62,718 bases of DNA from the IMG/VR virus record IMGVR_UViG_3300015365_000054; one strand, given 5' to 3'. A program made the position numbers and the translations under genes. Positions 29,398 through 37,766 of the stretch are shown in pieces. How positions within the stretch are numbered: the first letter of the stretch is position 1; every line of letters starts with the position of its first letter. Below the pieces are notes generated by a model. That model was not told the DNA's origin. It saw nothing but the letters and a program-made list of their open reading frames with translations, and searched no databases. The DNA comes from a virus. Taxonomy: Duplodnaviria; Heunggongvirae; Uroviricota; Caudoviricetes.

Positions 29398-30813
29398 TTA
29401 AGAATTATCTACGACATTCCATATCACACCATCCTCAACATAGCCATCTAATCTTGGGTCTGATGATCCATCTATAAATATGGGAGAAGGTAATGATTCA
29501 TCTTCAATTTGCTGCATTCTATCTCTATATAGCTTTTCTTTCATATTGACATTGGTTAATTCCGAGAAAAATTGCTGGTTTGTGAGCCATGCAAATAAAA
29601 CTAAACACATCACGGTATCATCATTGGAACCTTCCTCCGCCTCAAAACTATTATTTTTGGATATAAAGGTTGATAGTTCTGCGATAGTATCAAAATCAGT
29701 TATCAATAATTTCTGATCTTCTATTAAGTTCTTTAGGATAGAGCATCCAAGGCGTTTAACGGATTTGGTTGTCCTGATCCCACGGAATGATTTATTACCA
29801 TATCCCCACGTAACAGATATCTTTTTTTGTATTTCTACTGTGGATAATATGTTCTCATAATCATATTCATCAAATAATATATCAATCACTTGTTGCCCAT
29901 TATCATTAATTTCACCCAGAACATATGCTTGATTATAATAATCACACATCTTCTTAATTACAGCAGGATATACCATGGGACTCATTTCATTATCCCTGAA
30001 AGTAGCCACTAGTTTATATGGTATCTCTGTGCAGTCTATTAGACTTATTGCATGATAATCCAACCCCTTTCCTCTGGATGTATCCACAACAGCAACATAA
30101 TTATGTCCTTTTACTGGATTTTCGTATATTTTTATTCCATTGTCTGATAAGTGTATTGGTTTGACGAATGCCAGAGACTTTAGTGCTCTTGCAGATATTA
30201 ATGTGCCAACACTTCCCATGAATTCAACTTCAACTTCCTGTAGATATTGTTGTTCTCCCAATGCAGCTCTTTGTTCATCCGCCCATTTTTGGGTTCTGCC
30301 GGGCACATCACTCCAATGCACGGAAATAGGCGTAAACCCATTAATACCCTCAACTGCTTCTGTCCACCTCTTGTAGAAATGGTTCATACCACACGGGGTT
30401 GATGTGATAATAATCTTTGTCGTTTCACCAGATGATATTGTCGGATATACGGATGTAAAGAATTCATCTGCTAAATTAGTAGGCACGAATGCAAATTCAT
30501 CAAGATATAGGCAGTTATGTGATACTATACCGTTAGAAACATATGAGTGTGTATCTTCGACATTTAGGAAATCGTATACTGGCTCTGGATCGATTTCTGT
30601 TATTGATTTTATCTGTTTACCACCATATACATATTCGTCGGATTCCAAAAATCCTGCTTCAATATATTCTCCATATGCATCCATTATAAGATGTTCTGGA
30701 GTACAACAAATACACTCTCCGCAGTAAAAATCTATTCTTATTAGTGTCTGTGGGATTCCTCTGGAGAGAATACCATCAAATGATTTGAACCCTTGCTCTG
30801 TTAATATTTTCAT
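29398..30813 (-). CDS. gp17: Terminase large subunit C-terminal fragment: C-intein (100 aa) plus Walker B, motif III and RNase H-like nuclease
   Basis: The first 100 aa end in ..VYDF.....HSYVSNGIVSHN. Then come CLYLDEFAF, TSTPCG, VDTSRG.GLDY, EIND.G and DDTVM. ATGA overlap with the upstream ORF. Confidence 0.93.
   Translation of the reverse strand: MKILTEQGFKSFDGILSRGIPQTLIRIDFYCGECICCTPEHLIMDAYGEYIEAGFLESDEYVYGGKQIKSITEIDPEPVYDFLNVEDTHSYVSNGIVSHNCLYLDEFAFVPTNLADEFFTSVYPTISSGETTKIIITSTPCGMNHFYKRWTEAVEGINGFTPISVHWSDVPGRTQKWADEQRAALGEQQYLQEVEVEFMGSVGTLISARALKSLAFVKPIHLSDNGIKIYENPVKGHNYVAVVDTSRGKGLDYHAISLIDCTEIPYKLVATFRDNEMSPMVYPAVIKKMCDYYNQAYVLGEINDNGQQVIDILFDEYDYENILSTVEIQKKISVTWGYGNKSFRGIRTTKSVKRLGCSILKNLIEDQKLLITDFDTIAELSTFISKNNSFEAEEGSNDDTVMCLVLFAWLTNQQFFSELTNVNMKEKLYRDRMQQIEDESLPSPIFIDGSSDPRLDGYVEDGVIWNVVDNS
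30514..30813 (-). mobile_element. C-intein of atypically split intein 2 (blocks B, F, G)
   Basis: MKILTEQGFKSFDGI...CCTPEH (TxxH)...VYDFLNV...SHN|C; no N-terminal Cys block. Confidence 0.88.
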
Positions 30814-31700
30814 TTTGGAGCAAACCCTCTAACCCAACCATCCGGAACATCTTCAGGTTTACACATCATTTTTTCTTTCGTTTCTGCGTTATAACAATAT
30901 ACAAATCCTTTATTGGATGCCTGTCTACCTTTTGCTGCTGCGCTCATTTTGTTTCTGGATTCCTCTGATCGACGCATTCCTCTATGTTTTTCCGCAGTTT
31001 TTTCTATTTTTGTTGGGTTTTTGTTTATCTTATCTATATGTTCTTTAGTTTTCTTTTTACCTGATAATGATGTGGAAATCTTTTTCTTATGGTCTTCTGA
31101 CTTCGGCACACCCAAAAATCTTTGTTTTGAAATTATTTTTTGGTTACGTCTTTGATCCAATATATTAGAAAATTTTTCTTCTGCCATTTTTTGTTTCATT
31201 TCATTACAGAAATACACATCTTTGTCTGGATTTCCTGCTAGACTTATTATCTGATTCTTTGTTAATCCGGTTGCGCGTATAGCATCCACCATACTCAAAT
31301 ATGATTTTCCTTCTAACATGATACCATCACCAATATGCTGCCTTGTTGATTGCACCTCTGAAATCATTTTTTTGGTTGTGTCTGTGTGCTGCTTTCCATA
31401 GAATGGATTGTTTTCACCATACATAATTCTGACGTTTCCACCAATTGCAATATTATATGTATCTTCGCGGAGAGTGAATTCTTTGGTGACAATACTTGCC
31501 TCATATTTTTCCGCTTCTTCTTTACAATCAAACACACCTAATATTTTTTTATCGAATGCGCTTATACCGTATTTTTCAATGGCAAGTTTGATTAATTTAC
31601 CAGATCCCATATATCCATCATTTATATTATTTGTCTTATGGAAACCAACATATATTTTACCATTCTTGGTATTTGTTATTTGGTAGACTGTGTATTTCAT
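30810..31700 (-). mobile_element. GIY-YIG homing endonuclease with NUMOD3-type repeats, fused to N-intein 2 and with a probable independent start
   Basis: MKYTVYQITNTKNGKIYVGFH....DGYMGSG..E..YN; NPFYGKQHT, SEDHKKKIS and SEESRNKMS repeats; AGGGA RBS and CTAAATA at 31742-31748. Confidence 0.88.
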
Positions 31701-33608
31701 ATCAGATTGTTCCCTAGAGCATACTTCGGTGAGTTTGCTTTTATTTAGGATATTTGATATCTCTGTGTAATAATATGCATCACTATACTCAATACATACT
31801 TTAGTGTCGTCCGTAACGCAGTTTATACTGAATCCTCTGATCGCACTCGATGTTGTTGATGTTGCGATTATCTGGCATTTATTTTCTAATTCAATATTAC
31901 CTTTATTCCAAACCACTACACCCTGCTGCATCCACATTGGTAGTGATTCGTATGATCTTTTGATTCTATCCAGAATTTCTCTTGCAGTTGCTGCTTTATG
32001 TGCTAATAGAGCAACAGTTTTTTCTTCATTAAATAATACATACCACAAGAAATACCCAACTAATGTGGAAGTATTATGGGATAATATTCCATCCGTATAT
32101 AATCTATGATCATTAGAAGCAACAGTCAGGTCATACATATTTGAGCTGTTTGTGGTTTCTATTACATCAACCACCAAATCAACCCCATCCTCTGTTAATA
32201 TTTTACTGTGATTTGGTATTAAATTTTTAGTGAATACTTGATTGTAATTGGAATCAAAAACAATATGATCATCTGCGCATATTAATGATTTACCGCTTTT
32301 AGTTTTAATTATCCATTCTTTATACTTAATGGTTTTGTGTATATGTGTGATTGGCACCCAACCAGTATCAGATAATACTTCCCAATTTTTAACTCCAAAT
32401 GAATTGATAAATTTTCTTTCTACGTTGTTAGAAAGATCAGGCATTCGTCCAGTGCTTGTTTTCTGTTTGCTTTGAAATTTATCTCTCTTATTCTCAAGAC
32501 TTGATAACCATCCACCATCAAGGAATGATCTCTGGCATGTTCTTTCATTTGATTCGACGGACGCATGTGGTGCCAATATTCTCCATCGAATTCTATTATT
32601 TTTTTCTTGTTTATATCTATGAAATCTGGAAGTATAGTTTTCCCATTCGAAAGCGTCAGACGATATTCTTTGTTCTGATAATTGATCATATCTTCCCTCT
32701 CCCATGTGGCAAAATATACCATCTCTGAATGATAATGTTCCATTATATCCTTGAATAATATTTGGGATATTTTGGAATAATTTTGCTTTTTGAAATTCTT
32801 CGACCATCTTTTCTGTCGATCCGACCAGATCTCTTTCCCAATCTCTTCCCCATATTTCTCTATGCATATTTCCAGCGAAAACGTAGTCTGTCTGTCTGAT
32901 AGAAGCTGTTTTGCAAGAGTCTCGTCCCCATTCGCTTTCTTCATCCAATATTCCAGAGTGGTTGTTGAGTTTCCATTTTTCCTTCTGGTATTTGCTACTT
33001 TTTTGTGTATTTCCGTATCTATTGTACCCACAAATTTTTTGGAGAATGGTGAATACTTCCCTCCATGTTGATATGCTGGATTCTTTTCTCCCTTGAATCT
33101 TTCCGAATATTGGTTCATCAAATATTCGGACACTAGTTGGCTGTTTGGATGTTGTGTTTTGTATTCTTCTGTTGTTATCTTGTGTGTATTCCTTAAATGG
33201 GAATTCAATTGTTTCATCTTCTTTCCGCACATCAGACATTCTACTAAGGTGTTCATAAAAATCTCCTATTGTGATTTCATATATTTTATTGGTGATATTA
33301 TTCTTCACCTTTACCTTAGTATTTATAAAAAAACATTTTCCAACTTGTCTTCCCGCCTTTATTATTATCCTGCGTTCTTTTTCTATAGTATCAATTGCAT
33401 CTTTCTGGAAAGGATATAACTCAATATTGACATATCCTCTATCCAGAGTGATCATTTTTACATATTTTTCAATAAAATAATGAGGGTCTTGTGAGCATCT
33501 GGCATATTCCAAAACCTGATCTTCAGTCATTGGTATATTTACACCATCCCTCTTTAGGCGTGGATTACCAAGATAATGTTTAATTGCTGTTTTTATTTCT
33601 GGTATCAT
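30810..33608 (-). CDS. gp17: Terminase large subunit N-terminal fragment: extein 1, intein 1, extein 2, N-intein 2 and in-frame GIY-YIG endonuclease
   Basis: YLGNP.LK, LYPFQ, GRQVGK|C...SHN|TST (Walker A restored on splicing), AREILDR, SAIRGFSIN|CVTDDT.., then a GIY-YIG domain up to the stop. Confidence 0.92.
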   Translation of the reverse strand: MIPEIKTAIKHYLGNPRLKRDGVNIPMTEDQVLEYARCSQDPHYFIEKYVKMITLDRGYVNIELYPFQKDAIDTIEKERRIIIKAGRQVGKCFFINTKVKVKNNITNKIYEITIGDFYEHLSRMSDVRKEDETIEFPFKEYTQDNNRRIQNTTSKQPTSVRIFDEPIFGKIQGRKESSISTWREVFTILQKICGYNRYGNTQKSSKYQKEKWKLNNHSGILDEESEWGRDSCKTASIRQTDYVFAGNMHREIWGRDWERDLVGSTEKMVEEFQKAKLFQNIPNIIQGYNGTLSFRDGIFCHMGEGRYDQLSEQRISSDAFEWENYTSRFHRYKQEKNNRIRWRILAPHASVESNERTCQRSFLDGGWLSSLENKRDKFQSKQKTSTGRMPDLSNNVERKFINSFGVKNWEVLSDTGWVPITHIHKTIKYKEWIIKTKSGKSLICADDHIVFDSNYNQVFTKNLIPNHSKILTEDGVDLVVDVIETTNSSNMYDLTVASNDHRLYTDGILSHNTSTLVGYFLWYVLFNEEKTVALLAHKAATAREILDRIKRSYESLPMWMQQGVVVWNKGNIELENKCQIIATSTTSSAIRGFSINCVTDDTKVCIEYSDAYYYTEISNILNKSKLTEVCSREQSDMKYTVYQITNTKNGKIYVGFHKTNNINDGYMGSGKLIKLAIEKYGISAFDKKILGVFDCKEEAEKYEASIVTKEFTLREDTYNIAIGGNVRIMYGENNPFYGKQHTDTTKKMISEVQSTRQHIGDGIMLEGKSYLSMVDAIRATGLTKNQIISLAGNPDKDVYFCNEMKQKMAEEKFSNILDQRRNQKIISKQRFLGVPKSEDHKKKISTSLSGKKKTKEHIDKINKNPTKIEKTAEKHRGMRRSEESRNKMSAAAKGRQASNKGFVYCYNAETKEKMMCKPEDVPDGWVRGFAPK
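31701..31820 (-). mobile_element. Short N-intein of split intein 2 (at most 40 aa, block A only)
   Basis: CVTDDTKVCI....Y.EISNI directly after the extein SAIRGFSIN. Confidence 0.8.
32073..33335 (-). mobile_element. Intein 1 (421 aa) in the TerL Walker A motif
   Basis: K|CFFINTKV (block A), ICADDH (block B), MYDLTV (block F), GILSHN|T (block G). Confidence 0.92.
32420..33256 (-). CDS. Vsr/DUF559-like PD-(D/E)xK endonuclease with N-terminal C2H2-type Zn finger, nested out of frame inside intein 1
   Basis: CLMC..HL..TH, NPAYQH, LPDF, IIEFDGEYWH, RD...GYQVLRIRE; AGGAG RBS at 33263-33267 and TATAAATA at 33320-33327. Confidence 0.88.
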   Translation of the reverse strand: MNTLVECLMCGKKMKQLNSHLRNTHKITTEEYKTQHPNSQLVSEYLMNQYSERFKGEKNPAYQHGGKYSPFSKKFVGTIDTEIHKKVANTRRKNGNSTTTLEYWMKKANGDETLAKQLLSDRQTTFSLEICIEKYGEEIGKEIWSDRQKRWSKNFKKQNYSKISQILFKDIMEHYHSEMVYFATWEREDMINYQNKEYRLTLSNGKTILPDFIDINKKKIIEFDGEYWHHMRPSNQMKEHARDHSLMVDGYQVLRIREINFKANRKQALDECLIFLTT

Positions 33609-34054
33609 GTTTTGTTACGAATGGCTTTAAGCAAATCTGCTGTAGTGCCCACAAATACGGCTTTGTCTACGTTTATGTTTGTATTTGTGTTACCATTTTC
33701 GTTCGTGTCCTTTGTTTTTGATAATAGATCACTTTTATCTTTTTGTATTTTGAGTAGTTTATCTACATTTTCTGCTTGAGTTTTTAATAGTGTCGCTATA
33801 ACCTCATATGCTCTTGGATGCTGTGTATCCCTAGCAATCATAGATAGTTCCGTTATTGCAGCATTGCCGTGATTGATGATGTTGTATATTTCTGATCTTG
33901 CGCTATCAGCATCGGTTTCTACATTATTAACATCATTTGTAGCAACGACTGTTTCTGTGGTGGCTATTTTTGTGTTTGAAGTAATTTCTGTGTATTCAGC
34001 CGTTATTGGAGCTGTGCCCAGTATACTAGATAAGTTTTTATCAAAGTCACTCAT
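33605..34054 (-). CDS. gp16: Terminase small subunit
   Basis: HPRAYEV and VFVGTTADLLK; ATGA overlap with gp17. Confidence 0.9.
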   Translation of the reverse strand: MSDFDKNLSSILGTAPITAEYTEITSNTKIATTETVVATNDVNNVETDADSARSEIYNIINHGNAAITELSMIARDTQHPRAYEVIATLLKTQAENVDKLLKIQKDKSDLLSKTKDTNENGNTNTNINVDKAVFVGTTADLLKAIRNKT

Positions 34055-34062
34055 TTTAATAC

Positions 34063-35055
34063 CTAAATTGTTTCTATTATTGTCGTTGTGAATCCATAGT
34101 CATCATCCACATTTGCTGTTGGTGGATTTGGGGTTACTGTTATATTATCTAGCTGATGATTATCATTAACTATTCGTGTGATATTCCATGTTGCGCCACT
34201 TACTGCACCATGTAATGATTTATTGTTATATAAAACACCATTCGTATCCACTATGGTTAGTGTATTTGATGTATTATCCCATGACTCAACATATGCCGTA
34301 GCATTTGATCTCCCTATGGATGATCCCTCATATACTAATTCACCTATCTTATATCCAACACTACCACCATCAAGATTTAATATTTTTGTTCCTGTGGCAT
34401 CTGTGTTATAGTAAAATGTATTAGCAGTTGCTTTATGTATTATTTTTGCTTCGTTTGTTGGTCCGTACAAATATCCTTGCATGGTAAATTGTAGAGTCCA
34501 AGTTAATACTCGAAGACTATCAGCTGATCCTTCATCCTGAACATCTTGGCTGACGGAATTTAATATCAATGGAAGATCATCCTCAACATCAGGTAATCCT
34601 AAAAGACTTGCCTTCAGTGTATAATCTGGGGAAAAATACGGAAGAATCTGCTCAACTATTTGTGTACCATCTTCCACATTCCTCACATATATGTTTAACG
34701 TAAAATTAAATGTGTATGGTGTTCTTTTTACTGTAACAACAGAACCAGTATCATTGTTATATGAGAATTCTGTGTTATATATCGATCTCTTTCTTACTGG
34801 ATCATATATTATGGAATCCAATTCAAATCCCATTCTGGGTAAATTTACCTCAGTCTGTTTGAATAATTCTGGATCTTGTGTGATTCTTTTATAGAATTTT
34901 TCTTTGTTTATATATGATAATGGAACAGTTATGCGTTCTATTTCAAATGTTCCGGTTTTGTCATGGCGCACAAGTCTAATATTATTAAACATTGTTCCGA
35001 ATGCAACAACCATTTTCCTGATTGTTCTATGATAGAAATGTTGATTAGATAACAT
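34063..35055 (-). CDS. gp15: Tail sheath stabilizer / tail terminator
   Basis: FYH.TIRK.VVAFGTMFNNI, VPLSY, LPRMGFE and QIVEQILPYF.P. Start MLSNQHF at 35055 overlaps the endonuclease stop. Confidence 0.93.
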   Translation of the reverse strand: MLSNQHFYHRTIRKMVVAFGTMFNNIRLVRHDKTGTFEIERITVPLSYINKEKFYKRITQDPELFKQTEVNLPRMGFELDSIIYDPVRKRSIYNTEFSYNNDTGSVVTVKRTPYTFNFTLNIYVRNVEDGTQIVEQILPYFSPDYTLKASLLGLPDVEDDLPLILNSVSQDVQDEGSADSLRVLTWTLQFTMQGYLYGPTNEAKIIHKATANTFYYNTDATGTKILNLDGGSVGYKIGELVYEGSSIGRSNATAYVESWDNTSNTLTIVDTNGVLYNNKSLHGAVSGATWNITRIVNDNHQLDNITVTPNPPTANVDDDYGFTTTIIETI

Positions 35056-35726
35056 CAGATTTGTTCTCTGAAAAATATTCTTCGTCCAGTTTCTGGGCAA
35101 ATTCTCCAACGTCTACCAATTGTAGCATCACTCATCCTTTGCTTTTGTTCCATAGTTCTTTTATGTGATCTATCTCTATTGGTCTTTGCTCGTCTTTTAA
35201 CTTCTTCTGTTGTGGGAAAGTGTCTTTTTTCGATGGGAATAACTCGCCCCCTAGCTTTCTCCCCAATTTTTTTTCTTGTATCATCGGAGATGGTTTTGCC
35301 TTTATGTGCTATAGAAATTTTATTTTTAGCTTCTTCGGTATGATGCTTTCCCCACATTGGATTCAAACTGCCTCTTTGTTTTTCAGACATTAAATGTAAA
35401 GTTTCCGGTGTGTGTTTTTTCCCATGCATTGGTGGTACAGACTTCCCATAATTTAGATTCAACCAATCATCTTTTTCCACAACTCTAAGTTTATATAAAA
35501 CCCTAGATTCCCAGTCTCTGGCATCTTTGGTCGTATCAAAAACTCTTCTGACCTCATAAAAAAAAGAATTCACCCCATATTCGGCTATCAATCTCTTAAC
35601 CTCTTTGGAGGATGAAAAATATTTATTCCAGAGATCATCCGGATGACAATCCAATTTGTATCTAACTCCATAATATTTTTTGCCGGTGGGTTTGTGATAA
35701 AGATAATATGTAAATGGTATGGTCAT
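35055..35726 (-). mobile_element. Free-standing GIY-YIG homing endonuclease with NUMOD3 repeats between gp14 and gp15
   Basis: FTYYL....TGKKYYGVRY..YFSSS..WE..WLN; HGKKHTPET, NPMWGKHHTEEAK and SDDTRKKI. Start MTIPF at 35726 has a GGAG RBS. Confidence 0.85.
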
Positions 35727-35728
35727 TA

Positions 35729-35779
35729 TATTCTCCAAGTTCGATATTACTATTTAGTAATTTTCGATTTTAGAGAATA
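35729..35779 (-). promoter_or_regulatory. RBS-sequestering hairpin containing a late promoter (CTAAATA 35751-35757)
   Basis: Nested inverted repeats TATTCTC/GAGAATA, TCGA/TCGA and ATTACT/AGTAAT. Confidence 0.65.
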
Positions 35780-35790
35780 GCATCACTTAA

Positions 35791-36696
35791 TCAATTTACC
35801 TCCCCGAACGGGTTATGCTCTGTGAAATCTAGGAAATTACCTGCTTCTATTTCTAATCTAGTGTTATCGTCGAGATTTTCCGTATTTGCATTCGTTATTG
35901 TTATTGATTCTGGTAATGTCCAGACTGCCCCACTTGAGTAGCCTTTTATATCAACACCAACAGCAAAATCACCTTTGATATTTCTCAGTTTCAATTTTCT
36001 ATCCGGTCTATTCCAAGAAGCAACAACACCTCGTGCCGTTGCTGTATCTAAAGAGTCACCCTGATACACCCATTCATATTTTTGATATGTCCCAATCCCA
36101 CCAGTATTTAGGATATGCTCCAAACTAAATCCTTGAACATCACCAATTCTATCAATTATCTCCACACCAGTAGTGAATAATTCTCCATTATATTTAAATG
36201 CTTCAAGTGAGAGAGAGTACATATATGGATTAGTTGAATCTCTTCCTAACTGGAAAAAGTTCTTTTCCTGTTCGACAAATTTAATTTCCATTAATTTATA
36301 TTGTACTGGTAAATAAACCAAATCTCCTTCTTTTGGAACATGTCTCTCTGGTATGTTTTTATCTAGTTGTGCTGTGGTATTTTTCCACACAACCTTTTCA
36401 AAAGTTCGTCTAGCCATAACAACTGTGGCAGAATCTTGTATCTCTAATCCAAACTTGGAAAAAAATTCATGGTTGCCTGTGTATTCCTTGGTGGATTCAA
36501 GATACATATCTATCTTGAATGCTTTAGAAAAACATTTAACGGGATCATCACCAAACAACTCATCTGTGGAAGATTGGGAATCCCTTGGAATATAATATAC
36601 ACTGATGCCATGATTCTTTATGGATTCAAGAATCATATCTTCAAGTAAAAACTGTTCACTTGTTGCATTTTGGTTATTAAAATATACGCTTGTCAT
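35791..36696 (-). CDS. gp14: Neck protein
   Basis: EQ.L.ED...ESI...G..VYYIPR, SKFGLEI.D, PKEGDLVY, FFQLG and NPFG. Confidence 0.93.
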   Translation of the reverse strand: MTSVYFNNQNATSEQFLLEDMILESIKNHGISVYYIPRDSQSSTDELFGDDPVKCFSKAFKIDMYLESTKEYTGNHEFFSKFGLEIQDSATVVMARRTFEKVVWKNTTAQLDKNIPERHVPKEGDLVYLPVQYKLMEIKFVEQEKNFFQLGRDSTNPYMYSLSLEAFKYNGELFTTGVEIIDRIGDVQGFSLEHILNTGGIGTYQKYEWVYQGDSLDTATARGVVASWNRPDRKLKLRNIKGDFAVGVDIKGYSSGAVWTLPESITITNANTENLDDNTRLEIEAGNFLDFTEHNPFGEVN

Positions 36697-36701
36697 TTAT
36701 A

Positions 36702-37460
36702 TTATCCAATCAAGAATGGTACTGGCTCTTCGTAAGTGTCGCGTAATTTCTGTTCTAATCTGGCAATTTCGGCATCTGCATCCGCATATATCTTCTCACC
36801 ATTTATAATCATCCCACCCGGAAGAACATAACCACCATATTTGGTTAGATTTGATCCCCATTGTTTCTTTATTAGTTGTGTGGTGTATTCCTTTAACCAT
36901 ATATCATTATATACACTATAATAATAATCCGGATCAATAATTCTTCTCGCCTCAACCACGATATAATCACCCACATTCACTTTTGCTTGCCAATTCATTG
37001 CAATATATAATATGTTGGTGGTTTTATTGTATGTGAATGGTACTCTACCAGTTACGATCATATCCAACATTGCTAGATGTTCACGGGCAATAACGTAATA
37101 CGTATATGAGCTGGATGTTAGATTGTAGAAGTCATTAAGTCTCAGTTGGTAATTGATATCAAACATATTAAAACCACCAGCAGTAGTGGATGTCTGCTGT
37201 CCGGTCATTGGTAGTATGTTGTTAACTGATATAATATTATCAGACAATTCTATTTGCTGATTATCAATATGATATTGTGTAACTTGTAAACCCAGCCAAG
37301 TCATTTCTGTACCATCATAATGATACTGCTGGAATAACTGCATGGCATCATCAATGCGATCTTCTACCTGATCATCATCGACATTTATGTCAATAACAGG
37401 AAATCCCAGCTTTCGTAGGCAATAATCCTTTAATTCTTGTCTTGATGTTGGTTGTGCCAT
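36702..37460 (-). CDS. gp13: Neck protein
   Basis: ELKDYCLRKLG.PVIDINVDDDQ.EDRID and WLKEY...LIK.QWG.NL.KY..LPGG; GATAAATA at 37486-37493. Confidence 0.95.
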   Translation of the reverse strand: MAQPTSRQELKDYCLRKLGFPVIDINVDDDQVEDRIDDAMQLFQQYHYDGTEMTWLGLQVTQYHIDNQQIELSDNIISVNNILPMTGQQTSTTAGGFNMFDINYQLRLNDFYNLTSSSYTYYVIAREHLAMLDMIVTGRVPFTYNKTTNILYIAMNWQAKVNVGDYIVVEARRIIDPDYYYSVYNDIWLKEYTTQLIKKQWGSNLTKYGGYVLPGGMIINGEKIYADADAEIARLEQKLRDTYEEPVPFLIG

Positions 37461-37491
37461 TAGATAAATTCCTCGTAATAATACATATTTA

Positions 37492-37755
37492 TCATTGCGG
37501 AATGATTACCCTTTTGCGTCCTGCATAGATAACAATGGTTCCAGCTGATCCAGTTATCCCACCAGAAGTAACAGTAAATGAAAATTGGGATACACCGGAA
37601 GCAACATTATATGTTCCATCCGGATTTATAGTAACATCAGATGTCGTTCCACCAGTCACCGCAGTAACATCAATGATATCCCCAGAAGCAATATCTGGGG
37701 ATGCTGTTATTCTGACTGCTGTATTCCAATATGGGGTTGTTATTGTAGTACTCAT
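37492..37755 (-). CDS. Small beta-rich virion protein duplicating a domain of the upstream gene
   Basis: RITASPDIASGDIIDV..VTGG...DV..NPDGTY matches RITSTPDLASGDIVEV..VTGG..DV..NNDGTF in 37767-39917. Confidence 0.7.
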   Translation of the reverse strand: MSTTITTPYWNTAVRITASPDIASGDIIDVTAVTGGTTSDVTINPDGTYNVASGVSQFSFTVTSGGITGSAGTIVIYAGRKRVIIPQ

Positions 37756-37766
37756 ATTCTACCTAT

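Noticed and set aside
30810-30813. gp17 break as a pseudogene or sequencing frameshift
   Set aside because: The break falls exactly between a complete nuclease and a C-intein, with an ATGA coupling overlap, and all terminase motifs are intact. A split intein explains it better.
30810-33335. Group I intron explanation for the gp17 insertions
   Set aside because: The boundaries carry protein-splicing residues (C...HN|T and C...HN|C), and no non-coding space for a ribozyme core is visible.
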